A stretch of DNA of 64,000 nucleotides from Okamejei kenojei (lineage: Eukaryota). The notes beneath the pieces are model-generated. The model ran no database searches. It was not told the origin of the DNA and saw only the letters and a program-made list of their open reading frames with translations. Position 1 is the first letter of the stretch. Every line of letters begins with the position of its first letter. The stretch spans positions 14,446,001-14,510,000 of the forward strand of contig CM069157.1 of assembly GCA_035221665.1 (NCBI GenBank), in the 5' to 3' direction. Position numbers and translations under genes: made by a program. Shown here one piece after another: positions 1-10,333 of the stretch.

Positions 1-403
1 TTTTTTTAACACAGTTGGCGGTTGGAATCCAACGAGTAGTGGGGGCAGCTTTAATGTGGCATTGAAAAGTGAAGGAGATGAGTACTTGAAAGGATAGAAG
101 TGCAGGGCTAATGGGGAAAGGATGGGGAAAGTGAATCCAGTTGAATGCTTTTATACATTGCAGCATAGACATGATGGGATGAATGACCTCTGTAAATATA
201 ACATTTTTGTGCATTGTGATGTAAATTCTTTTACACAGTACCAAAAGTACCAAAGGGTGTCATTGATCAGCAATGGCCAAATTAAATCCTCCAGGTGATC
301 AGGAAGAAAAATCAGGAGAGCTACAATAATAAGGCTGTTAATTTTCCATTGCAAGCTTCACACTACTCCATCGAACCAAACTCATGTTAATGAAAAGATT
401 TAA

Positions 404-528
404 AAAAATGCAATGCTGGAAAACTGAAATAAAAACTGAAAACTCTGGATAAACTCTGCAAGTAAGGCAGCACTTGTGGAAAGAGGAAGGGTTAATATTT
501 CAGATCTTCGACCCTTCATCAGAACTGG
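404..528 (-). mobile_element. Old Penelope-like element 3' tail (pLTR) fragment with degenerate hammerhead core
   Basis: Minus strand 525->491 reads GTT-CTGATGA-A-GGGTC-GAA-GATCT-GAAA-TATT-AAC; the flanks match the other pLTR tails in the window. Confidence 0.65.
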
Positions 529-699
529 AAAAGAGAGAAAAAAATAGTTTTGGATGGCAAAGAAAGTAGGGGAGAGGAGAGGTGGGACAAAGGGAATATT
601 AATGAGAGAGGAGATGATCGAATGAGGTAATTGAGAGGCAGTTAAAATCAGTTTAAGGTTCTCTGTCTAGAATTTACTTCAATGGATTTCTCTCAATTA

Positions 700-820
700 T
701 GGACCTTCTACTGACCTGAAAAGTCACCTATCCATGTTCTCCGGGGATGCAACCTGACCCGCTGAGTTACTCTAGCAGTTTATGTTCTTATTTGTAAACC
801 AGCATCCTTGTTTCTACTCT
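700..820 (+). mobile_element. Penelope-like pLTR tail fragment
   Basis: gacctgaaaagtcacctatccatgttctccggggatgc...gacccgctgagttactctagca matches the tail of the PLE ending at 22766. Confidence 0.65.
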
Positions 821-929
821 CATTTATGTTCGTTGACGACTGCATAGGCATGGACACAAGGAAATCATTTAATTTCAAATGCTGTGCTCCATTAAATAAC
901 ATTCAAAATAACTAGGCCCAAGATCCTGC

Positions 930-1042
930 CGATGTTGAAATCGTGAGCAAAAAACAAACTGCTGAACTCAGTGGATCAGGCAACATTTTGTTGAGGGAAA
1001 TGAGTAGATGACCTTTCGGGACGGTACCCTTTTTCAGACTCA
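930..1042 (-). mobile_element. Penelope-like pLTR tail fragment
   Basis: aactcagtggatcaggcaaca...gacctttcgggacggtacccttttcagact is the reverse complement of the pLTR/hammerhead motif. Confidence 0.6.
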
Positions 1043-1068
1043 TTGAGGAGATTTTGCAGTGAATCCTC

Positions 1069-1918
1069 TCGCTATTAAGGCCAACATGCCATTAGCTTTC
1101 TTCACTGCCTGTTGCACCTGCATGCTTACTTTCAGTGACTGATGTTCAAGCACACCCAGGTCTTGTTGCACCTCCTCTTTTCCTAATCTGACAGCATTCA
1201 AATAATAATCTGCCTTCTTGTCTTGCCACCAAAGTGGATAACCTCATATTTATCCTCATTACACTGCATCTGCCCTCTCACCCAACCTATCCAAGTCACC
1301 CTGCAGTCTCATAGCATCCTCATTGCAGCTTACACTGCACCCAGCTTTGTGTCATCCGCAAACTTGGAGATGTTACATTTAATTCCATCGTCTAAATCGT
1401 TAATATAAAGTGTAAATAACTGGGGTCCCAGCACCGTTGTGGCACCCCGCTAGTCACGGCCTGCATTTTAAAAAGGACTACTCTTTGCTCCTGTCTGCCA
1501 ACCAGTTCTCTATCCATGTCAATACCCTACCCCCAATACTATGTGCTCTAATTTTGCACACTAATGTCTTGTTTGGGACCTTGTCAAAGGCTTTTTGAAA
1601 GTCCAGATACACCACATCCACTGGCTCTCCCTTATCCATTCTACTTGTTACAGCCTCAAAAAAATCCAGAAGATTAGTCAAACATGATTTCTCCTTCATA
1701 AATCCATGCTGACTTTGACCGATCCTGTCACTGCATCCCAAATGCGCTGCCATAACATCTTTAATAATCAACTCAAGCATCTTCCCCACTATCGATGTTA
1801 GGCTAACTGGTCTATAATTCCCTGTTTTCTCTCTCCTTCCTTTCTTAAAAAGTGGGTTTACATTAGCTACCCACTAGTCCACAGGAACTGATCCAGGTCG
1901 AGAGAACATTGGAAAATG
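1069..1918 (-). mobile_element. CR1 LINE ORF2 reverse-transcriptase fragment
   Basis: ORF 1478..1789(-) has QHGFMKEKSCLTNLLDFF and DVVYLDFQKAFDKVP, typical vertebrate CR1 RT motifs; SKFADDT is readable further along the minus strand (~1345-1365). Confidence 0.92.
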
Positions 1919-1990
1919 TTGGGAGGATTGCTTTCACACTAACTATTCCAGTCACCATTTCAAAAAGGGCTACCTAACTATTGGGTGTAT

Positions 1991-2286
1991 GTTTAGTTTA
2001 GCTTAAATTTAGAGCCTGGAAACAGGCACCTTCGACCCACCGACTCCATACCGACCAGTAACACTATCCCACACACACTAGGGACAATTTACATTTATAC
2101 CAAGCCAATTAACCTACAAACCTGTACGTCTTTGAAGTGTGGGAGGAAACCGAAGATTTCAGAGAAAACCCACGCAGGTCACGGGGAGAACATGCAAACT
2201 CCATACAAACAGTATCCGTAGTTGGGATCGAACCCGGGTATCTGAGGCTGTAAGCGCTCAACTCTACCGCTGCGCCATCCTGCCGC
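1991..2286 (-). mobile_element. tRNA-derived SINE (HE1/V-SINE-like)
   Basis: Minus strand GCGGCAGGATGGCGCAGCGGTAGAG (A box) ... GGTTCGATCCC (B box), V-domain-like core, CR1-like tail ending in (CTAAA)n. Confidence 0.88.
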
Positions 2287-3168
2287 GCTAACTAATGAGG
2301 GAGCAATCTGAAGGAAATCCAGGGGAGTAAAGTTCTAGCAAAAGTGAACCAGAGTAATCTGATTTCTTGAAAGATAAGATTCACCCATAAACAGGAAACT
2401 ATATTGACATCAATTATTGAGTAGGTTGCTGAACAAGATACCAATCAGTCTCACACAAATCAAATGTGCAGCCTCAATGGCACCTCTGCCACAAGATGGG
2501 TTGCAGCAGTAACAAGATATGATGCACGAAGCATGTTTCCCTCGTTAATAATGTTGTTTTATGAGAAAGTTGTAGGTCGCATACCATTAAGTGGCTAGCC
2601 AGAGAACCTGACAAAACCACCTGCTTAAACCATGCAGAGCAGAGCAGGGATTGGAGCTGTGTCAAACACCTCATCGTGGTTCTGAAGTTGGTTTTCTGTA
2701 ATGACAAGAGGATTGAGGTTGAAGATTTAGTGGCTTGGGCACTGGTATTGAGATATTAGGGGTTACAAACCAAATGAAAAGCACATTCCCACAAAAAAAA
2801 AAACGCTCACCTCCACCCATCAAAGAAAGTAAATTATGCAGTGAGGGCTTATATGCTGCAAACTGTTTCATTTCAAGATGTTTTCTCTAGATAACATTAA
2901 AGGAAGTTAGTAAAGCACAAAGGCACCACATTTTGTTTCAATCATACTAATACTACAATGTTCTTTTCTGTTTTTCACCATTTAATATGTCACTAGACTA
3001 AGTGGGACTGGTTGGGTCCCATGTTCACATGGATGTGCTGGTCCCCCAACTCAATATTCCATCTCTCCACCAATTCCAATCTTTCTGGAGTGCTAGTATG
3101 GGTGTTGTGAGCTGAAGTGACTGGTTTCCAGAGGGTTAGCATGAACATTGTGGGCCGAATGGATTCTT

Positions 3169-3608
3169 GGGCTGGTAGCTCAATCACTCAGGCATGGTGG
3201 GCTGGCAGCTCAGTCACTCAGGCGTGGTAGGCTGGAAGCACAGTCACTCAGGCCTAGTGGGCTGGCAGCTCAGTCACTCAGGCCTGGTGGGCTGGCAGCT
3301 CAGTCACTCAGGCCTGGTGGGCTGGCAGCTCAGTCACTCAGGCCTGGTGGGCTGGCAGCTCAGTCACTCAGGGCTGGAGGGTTGGCAGCTCAGTCACTCA
3401 GGGCTGGTGGGCTGGCAGCTCAGTCACTCAGGGCAGGTGGGCTGGCAGCTCAGTCACTCAGGCCAGGTGGACTGGCAGCTCAGTCACTCAGGGCTGGTGG
3501 GCTGGCAGGTCAGTCACTCAGGGCTGGTGGGCTGGCAGCTCATTCACTCAGAACTGGTGAGCTGGCAGATCAGTCACTCAGGGCTGGTGGGCTGGCAGTT
3601 CACTCACG
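3169..3608. repeat. 30-bp minisatellite, ~14.5 copies, inside the Helitron
   Basis: Unit ggtgggctggcagctcagtcactcaggsct repeated in register. Confidence 0.97.
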
Positions 3609-3626
3609 GCTATTCCTTGAAATTCC

Positions 3627-3733
3627 ATTTCAAGCAGAGTGCAGGCCACCACATTCAATTTCACAGCATTTCAAGCAGAGTTCAGGCCACCACGTTCAAT
3701 TTCACAGCATTTCAAGCAGAGTGCACGCCACCA
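3627..3733. repeat. 41-bp tandem repeat, ~2.6 copies, inside the Helitron
   Basis: atttcaagcagagtgcaggccaccacattcaatttcacagc starting at 3627, 3668 and 3709. Confidence 0.95.
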
Positions 3734-4377
3734 AATTGCCAAACAACTTATTGCATTGTCATTAAGACTAACAAATCATTTGTTGCAAGTATATTGCAGA
3801 CTCACAGTTCAGTTGATTCACAGCTAAGAATGACAATTGTGGCCTCTCCCTCGCGATCTTCCAGTGACTGACTCATGTCCAGGCATCTGGGGTTTTATAG
3901 TCATGCCCCCCCCCCCCCCCGAAAGGGGCGTTACCTTCATCATGGTGATTGACAGGCAAGAGGACCAATCAGCTGATCTCAGGATTTTTTAAACAATCAT
4001 AACTATTTTATTTTTCATCGATCGGAAAAATCCTTGGGGCTGCCTCAGCGGAGGAGGACTGTGAGTAAGATGGCCAAAATTAATCGCGATATAGGGTAGC
4101 GTTTTTCTAAAAATAAATATACAGCGCCGACAGGAAGCGGTCAAGATGAAACTTTTAGTTATATAGATTACATTTCTTTGTTATGTGATGCTCAATTTTA
4201 ATTTTGTTCATCTAACAAGAGACAACATTTTTATCAGCTAATATTCTGATTACTTCTTGTTCGGAAGATGTCAGATAACCTGAAAATAATATCAAAGGTC
4301 ACGGAGCAGGGAAGGGTGTGAGGTGAGCATGACGAGAAAGAGAAAGGAACAGGGTGACAGGGGTGGTGACTGGAGCT

Positions 4378-4412
<35 letters not shown>

Positions 4413-4437
4413 CGGATGGAAGATGGGGGGGGGGGGC
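4378..4437. repeat. Poly-G tracts (G-quadruplex-prone; lengths unreliable)
   Basis: Run of more than 30 G followed by a second G run. Confidence 0.9.
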
Positions 4438-4632
4438 AAGAGGTGGTCAGGGAGTTATCACCTAAAGGAAATAGTGTTCATACTGTTGTGTTCTTTATGA
4501 TCTGAAAGTGACATTCAAGCACGTACAGAATAACTAAAAGAAGAGTGGAAATATAGATATCAAAAGGGATTTTGAGGGAAAAATAAAACAGAAAGTGTTG
4601 GTGAATTTCTGTTTTGTGCGTTGGTAGAAAGT

Positions 4633-4920
4633 TGGTTTAAGTTTAGTTTAGAGATACAGCACAGAAGCAGATCCTTCAGCCTGACCAAGTCTGCATCGAC
4701 CAGCGATCCCCGTACACTAACACTATCCGACACACTAGGGACAATTTACAATTTTTACCAAAGCCAATGAATCTACAAACCTGTACATCTTTAGACTGTG
4801 GGAGGTAACAGGAGCACCCAGAGAAAACTCCTGCAGTCACGGGGAGAATGTACAAACTCTGTACAGACAGCACCTGTAGTCAGGATTGAACCCGGGTTTC
4901 TGGCGCTGTAAGGCAGCAAA
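4633..4920 (-). mobile_element. tRNA-derived SINE (HE1-like), missing extreme 5' end
   Basis: Same body and (CTAAA)n tail as 1991-2286; B box GGTTCAATCC on minus strand. Confidence 0.88.
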
Positions 4921-4977
4921 TCTGAAGGTTCATGGTACCAGGAGTGAAGTGCTACAGATGAAGAGACGGTGATTCTT

Positions 4978-5050
4978 GATTTATTCATTCTGTGGACATG
5001 GAGGTCACTGGAACCTGCAGTATTTAATCCCTGTCATGAACTGCTCCTGA
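4978..5050 (-). mobile_element. Possible old DeuSINE/SacSINE-like fragment
   Basis: ttattcattctgtggacatggaggtcactgg...gtatttaatccctgtc resembles the recalled DeuSINE 3' region; short and diverged. Confidence 0.35.
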
Positions 5051-5214
5051 TTTAAGGTGTGAGCCAAGAGTAAATTGAGGGACGCTCATGGGGCGGAAGA
5101 ATGCGGAGCTCGCAATGCACAAACTGATAACAAGTTGTCACTGGGGTCATAGAGGAAGGAAGCCCACAAGTGTATATACGGAGCGTCAGGACATCGGTTG
5201 ATGAAGCCACAAAA

Positions 5215-5640
5215 TGTTGTGGAGCAGAAAATGAGCTGCTGGAGGAGCTCGATGAGTCACGCAGCATCTATGGAGGGAAATACTCAGTCAACCTTTTGGT
5301 TCGGACCCTTCATCAGGACTGACAGAGTAGAAGGGAAATTCCATCCAAATTGGATGATAGAGGCAGTGGGTGTGACAGGAGCAGCATAGATTAGCTGGGG
5401 AGAGATGGGGAAAAGAACCAAAGCATTGACCTGATATCATGGCTTCAGGTTGGAGACTACCCAGGCAGAATATGAGGTGCTATTCCTCGAGTTTGCATTT
5501 GGCCTCACCCTGGCAGTGGGGAAGGTCGAGAAGCAGCATGTTTAGTGTGGGAATGGGGAGAGGAATTAAAATGGCTTGCAGCCGGGAGCGTAAGTGCTCG
5601 GCAAAGCAGTTAAGCTCAATAAAGTCGATCAGTCAATGAT
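5215..5640 (-). mobile_element. Decayed Penelope-like element 3' part (GIY-YIG C-terminus plus pLTR)
   Basis: Minus strand encodes KLEE*HLIFCLGSLQP; hammerhead-like TCAGTC-CTGATGA...GACTGA at ~5284-5322. Confidence 0.75.
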
Positions 5641-5993
5641 GAGCAGGATCCGGAGAGGAGCTATCTGGGAGGATTTGCAGAGGTGGGGTGAGGAGGTAAT
5701 GGTGAGGCATATGACTAGGTGTTGAGATACCTGGGGGATGACCACAGCCCTATGTATGTATTTTATTTTATTTATGAAAGTATGTACTTTATTTGGAAAA
5801 ATCCCCAACTGTGGTCGGTTCCAAGTGATAGATTCCACCACTGGACATTGGTTCAGTCCAGTGCCCTTGAACAAATAACAAAGCAAGAATCACAAGCATG
5901 AAAGCCTGCTTCTGAAGTAGAGATCCACAGTGTCTGCAAGTCTCACATCAATGGACTATACTGACAGAGGTGGCAAACAAGCACATCAGGTCT

Positions 5994-6087
5994 GTTTAGA
6001 AGAAAGGTCTCCACCCGAAACGTCCCCCATTCCTTCTCTCCAGAGATGCTGCCAGTCCCGCTGAGTTACTCCAGCATTTTGTGTCTA
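5994..6087 (+). mobile_element. Penelope pLTR tail insertion
   Basis: gaagaaaggtctccacccgaaacgtccccc...gctgagttactccagcattttgtgtcta. Confidence 0.8.
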
Positions 6088-6190
6088 AAATCAGGTCTGT
6101 TCCTCTCTTAAAAAATGCTGCTTGACGCTGTATTTTTCCTGTTCTTCATGTTTTTGCTTCAGTTTTCCACCATCTGATTTTCATACGTAC

Positions 6191-6234
6191 CTTACGTTGC
6201 TAGTCAATAAACATGTTAGCGGAATATAGGGAAC
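6191..6234 (-). other. Candidate 44-nt exon (unassigned)
   Basis: Minus strand tttcctttgcAG|GTTCCC...CGTAAG|GTacgt; frame 0 is open (VPYIPLTCLLTSNV); no protein recognised. Confidence 0.25.
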
Positions 6235-6369
6235 CTGCAAAGGAAATCACTAACTTCGTCCTGTTATGTCGAGGACTATTCTTTATTATTGAATCTCTTC
6301 CTCAAAACGGAATTGTACATCACAACAAATACATTGAATAGTCTTAGAACATACAATACTGATTCTGAC

Positions 6370-6469
6370 GAATTCTGACTGATTCTGATACTGCCTCACC
6401 CGCTGAGTTTCTCCGGCATTTTTGTCTACCTTCGATTTTTACAGCATCTGCAGGTCTTTCTTAAACATT
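6370..6469 (+). mobile_element. Short Penelope tail insertion with 11-bp TSD
   Basis: ctgattctgac at 6359-6369 and 6470-6480 flanks ...cccgctgagtttctccggcatttttgtctaccttcg... Confidence 0.8.
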
Positions 6470-7272
6470 CTGATTCTGACAACTCCCATGAAATCTACCG
6501 GTCCCTACGTGCCAAAGTGTGATTCACAACTCAATATTAATTGCTTGTAGTTGTGTCAATGAGTTAGATGAACAGTAAAATATCCACAATATGGATCATT
6601 AGCTTAAGTACCTTTTAACATTTACAATTGCAACACAAAAATATGTATTTTTTAAATCAGAAAACATATTCTGCAAGTTTTGCATTTTGCATTTTGCAAA
6701 ATGTTGCCACTCTTATTTATATTGGCACTGTTGTTGTATCTGTAAGAACAAGTTCAAAGATGGAGCTTTAATGATTTCATTGCTCGAGCAGGGACAGATA
6801 GCCATTCATTACATTTTTTTCAACTTAGCAAGAACTTAAGTTCAGTAATTATAGACCATCTCTTTTTGCTAAGCCAAACCCATCATCTTGGTTTGCAGCC
6901 ATGGTGAGGTGCTCTGGTTTTATGCCTCAGCAACTCTGGAATCAAATGTGTGCCAGCAGGTCTGTGAAGCAGCCTTGACTGTTGCACAAGTCAAGCAGCC
7001 ACTGAAAACAGATTGCTTGGGCACTTGCCAAATAACAGTAGGATTCCAGCATCTTGTCCTTACTTTCTTGCAAGCCAAATTGGGCCATGGAGGGAGATAC
7101 AGAGATTGGTTTCACCTACAATCTTCATTCTGTTTTAATTCCAGACTCCTATTATTTTAAACCGTGCTTTCCCAAGCTGGAGTGGAGTGATCACTTTAGA
7201 TTACAGATTTCATTTTTTTAAATTGGCTTTTCTCCATCATCAGTTATGGGAGAGGGGCTGAAGCATTAGCTC

Positions 7273-7493
7273 AATTCTCTGCCACAGAGGGTAGTTGAGG
7301 CCAGTTCATTGGCTATATTTAAGAGTGAGTTGGATGTGGCCCTTGTGGCTAAGGGGATCAGAGGGTATGGAGAGAAGGCAGGTACGGGATACTGAGTTGG
7401 ATGATCAGCCATGATCATATTGAATGGCGGTGCAGGCTCGAAGGGCTGAATGGCCTACTCCTGCACCTAATTTCTATGTTTCTATGTTTCTAT
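7273..7493 (+). mobile_element. CR1 LINE 3' end
   Basis: NSLPQRVVEA...FKSELD coding tail, 3' hairpin ggctcgaagggctgaatggcc, (tttctatg)n terminal repeat. Confidence 0.9.
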
Positions 7494-7633
7494 TTAATAG
7501 CCCAAGCTGGCTTATTGATCAAATGCAGCTGAGATATTGTCCATTGCTTCTTCTTGTGCATTCACTATTATGGACTTAAGATTTGTTTCACGGTTTTTCA
7601 TTACCAGTTTTTCTTTCAAATCTGTAGAATTAC

Positions 7634-8347
7634 TTCAAGGTTTCAAGGTCAGTTTATTGTCACATGTACCAATTAAGGTATAGTGAAAATTCAGATACCA
7701 TACAGTCATACTAAGTGAAAAGCAACAAGACACACAACCACATAAAAGTTTACACAAACATCCATCACTGTGGATTCCACATTCCTCACTGTGATGGAAG
7801 GCAATAAAGTTCAACCTTCTTCCTCTTTGTTCTCTCGCGGTCTGGGCAGTCAAACCATCCGCAGTCGGGGCGATCGAAGCCCTCGCAGCTGACAATCGAA
7901 GTTGGGGTGATCGAAACTCCCGCGTCGGGGCGATTGAAACTCTCTCCGCAGCATGGAGCTCCCGAGTCGGCTTCTTCTTACCAGAGACTGCAGGCTTCAC
8001 AATGTTAAAGTCCACAGGCCCCGCGGTTGGAGCTTTGCTCCCCAGCAAAGGGATTGCAAGCTCCGCGCTGTTAAAATTCCCGCAGACTCCCGCGGTTTGG
8101 AGCCCCTTGTCGCACTCCAGGAAAGGCCGCCAATTCCACGATGTTAGGCCACAGTGGGGGCGGAGTTACAATCGCATCTCTGTCAAGGTAAGAGTTTGAA
8201 AAAAAAGTTTTCTCCCAACCCCCTCCCCCCTCACACCCCACATAAAACAAACCAAGGAACATTAAAACATACTTTCAATACATGCTAAAAATAACAACAA
8301 AAGAATGGACAGAGACTGTGGGCGAGGCAGCCACTGCTGGTGGCGCT
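7634..8347 (-). mobile_element. GC-rich non-autonomous retroposon with Rex1/Babar-type 3' tail (family A, copy 1)
   Basis: Colinear with 36716-37472; minus-strand end tttcactataccttaattggtacatgtgacaataaac+(cttgaaa)n resembles the Rex/Babar tail at ~35760-35800. Confidence 0.7.
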
Positions 8348-8473
8348 AGTGTCACCAGCACCGCCCACCTCCCACCCTAGGTTTTCCACAGCCTGTCATC
8401 CATCGAACTAGATTCCATCTAACTACTGTTAATGGCTTTACTCTGTCACGTCTCCTATTCTATCTCACCTTAG

Positions 8474-8658
8474 CAGTGCCTTAGCAGGGATCATGACAGA
8501 AGACTCCTCTTGCCGATCCCCAGAAACGATGACACGATGCACTCTGTGACCCATTCTATCAACATGTTGGATGATGCCAGAAGCCAGCAGCGAGCTAGAC
8601 GTCGGCTGACCCACGAGCGAACAAAGTACCTTAGCCTTTCACGTAGGTTTCTCAGTAC
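8474..8658 (+). CDS. Candidate internal coding exon of an unidentified host gene (QCLSRDHDRRLLLPIPRNDDTMHSVTHSINMLDDARSQQRARRRLTHERTKYLSLSRRFLST)
   Basis: Polypyrimidine tract + ttAG acceptor (NAGNAG), AC|GTGAGT donor; one frame open across exactly the 185 nt between them; non-repetitive and CpG-retaining. Confidence 0.5.
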
Positions 8659-8770
8659 GTGAGTATCGATGGTAGGAAAACAAAAAGATTATTGTAATAG
8701 ACATGGAAAAATGATAACTAAATTTAAAATTATAAATGAAAATCTAGGAAAACTTGGTTTCTCACTTTCT

Positions 8771-8808
8771 CAGTTCTGATGAAGGATCTATGATCCGAAA
8801 TGTTAAAC
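8771..8808 (+). ncRNA. Minimal hammerhead ribozyme-like core in an old Penelope tail
   Basis: GTT-CTGATGA-A-GGATC-TAT-GATCC-GAAA-TGTT-AAAC: intact CUGAUGA and GAAA boxes, perfect 5-bp stem II. Confidence 0.55.
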
Positions 8809-8809
8809 G

Positions 8810-9560
8810 TAGCAACAAATAATCTGTTGGAGAAACTCAGTGGGTTGAACAGTATATATGAGGGAAAGGAACTATTAATGTTTTATGGTCAAAATCCTGA
8901 GAATGGCAAGAGAAGAAAGCTAGTATAAAGAGAAGAGGGAGAATGGTCGGATAGGTGACGGGGATGATTAGTGGACCAAGGGACGGTAAAGGATATGCAG
9001 GTTGAGCCAGGTCGGAGAAGGAGAGGATTGCTGTTTGGAGACAGAGGCAGGTGGACAATAGAAGGAGGTAGACAATCAAAATAAAGATGGGGCCAAGTGG
9101 GGGAGAGGGGAGGATGAAGGCGGGTGATAAACAGGGCCACAAAGACTACTAGTCAGGGTCGTCTTAACAACATTATAGGCCCCCGGGCAAAGCAGTGTAC
9201 TGGGGCCCCTACACTTCCAGTTTCTTTATGCCGAATCAAATATGCCGTCATGCACTTGCGATGTTCTTCTCCGTTTTCATGTTCTATAATAACATTCTAC
9301 AATACATAGATTGCATGGGGCCCCTAAGCTCGTGGGGCCACAGGCAACTGCCCAAAGTGCCCATGTGTTAAGACGGTCCTGCTACTAGTGCTGGAATCTG
9401 AGAAGTAAGGAAGGTGACAATAATCTTTTGGAGGAAGGTGAATAGCAGATGGAACCAGGGATAACCGTTAGGATGAGCTGATGGGTAAAATGTGTGGGTG
9501 GTAGGTGTATGGAACCAGGAACGGGAGATGGACGAGAAGGAAGAATGGGAAAGGATCAAA
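8810..9560 (-). mobile_element. Old Penelope-like 3' region (purine-rich), interrupted by a hAT MITE
   Basis: tgttggagaaactcagtgggttgaacag pLTR motif followed by purine-rich 3'UTR-like sequence; boundaries approximate. Confidence 0.5.
9154..9381. mobile_element. hAT-superfamily MITE (228 bp)
   Basis: TIRs cagggtcgtcttaac / gttaagacggtcctg (13/15); perfect 8-bp TSD ctactagt at 9146-9153 and 9382-9389. Confidence 0.9.
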
Positions 9561-9632
9561 GAAGGGAGAGAGGGAGGGAGGGAGGGAGAGAGAGAGAGGG
9601 AGGGTGGAAGAGATGGAAGGAGGGAGCGAGAG

Positions 9633-9808
9633 NNNNNNNNNNNNNNNNNNNNNNNNNNNNNNNNNNNNNNNNNNNNNNNNNNNNNNNNNNNNNNNNNNNN
9701 NNNNNNNNNNNNNNNNNNNNNNNNNNNNNNNNNNNNNNNNNNNNNNNNNNNNNNNNNNNNNNNNNNNNNNNNNNNNNNNNNNNNNNNNNNNNNNNNNNNN
9801 NNNNNNNN
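9633..9808. other. Assembly gap (176 N) next to a GA-rich simple repeat
   Basis: Run of N. Confidence 1.
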
Positions 9809-10039
9809 TGGAGAAGGCCATACTTGGAGAATACAAGGATTGAGTTTGGCGGAGGTGCTTGTGAATCTTTGCTGGAATTCAACGAGGGAGAAGGCCTAAG
9901 AAAAACCGTTGCCTCTCCTCTGGTTCCAGGGGAAAGTGCCAAGGTTCAGGGATGAATATTAACTGCTTCTCTTTCCAAAATACTGTCCAGCATTGCACTA
10001 CTTGTTATAGTCTTCCAGTCTGAAAAACCACCCAGCTAA

Positions 10040-10285
10040 CCACCCTCTATTTCCTAGCTATAAGCTAATTTTGCATCCAGTTTGATCGCTTGTCCTGGAT
10101 TATATTTGAGTTAACTTTCCAGACCAGCTACCATGCAGTACCTCATCAACGGTCCAGTTAAAGTCCATGTTGACATTGTCTATTCATTGCCTTCATCAAT
10201 CTTCTTAGTTACCTCATCAGAAAAACTCATTCAAATTGGTGAGGCATGGCTACCCCCACATACAAAGCTGCGTTGACTTTTGTCC
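10040..10285 (-). mobile_element. Old CR1 RT fragment
   Basis: Minus strand resembles QHGFVxGRSCLTNLIEFFEEVTKKIDEG..VD.V..DF. Confidence 0.7.
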
Positions 10286-10333
10286 TGCGACCATTTTCCT
10301 ACTGATGATGCCTTCCCAATCTGATGAACGACC

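Larger units (their letters stand above)
2993..4167 (-). mobile_element. Non-autonomous Helitron
   Basis: Minus strand A|TCTATATAACTAAAAG ... GGGACCCAACCAGTCCCA hairpin, then CTTAGTCTAG|T: 5' TC, subterminal GC hairpin (3003-3021), 3' CTAG, inserted between A and T, no TSD. Confidence 0.8.

Noticed and set aside
3148-3871. 205-aa and 225-aa repetitive ORFs; array superficially CRISPR-like
   Set aside because: Products of a 30-bp minisatellite inside a Helitron; units are contiguous with no unique spacers and there are no cas genes
9468-9955. Several ORFs longer than 100 aa
   Set aside because: Artefacts of reading through the 176-N gap and GA-rich simple repeat
10302-10330. TGATGA...CTGA upstream of the rpl13 copy resembling a C/D snoRNA or hammerhead
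   Set aside because: Boxes are too close together, with no terminal stem and no stem II-GAAA
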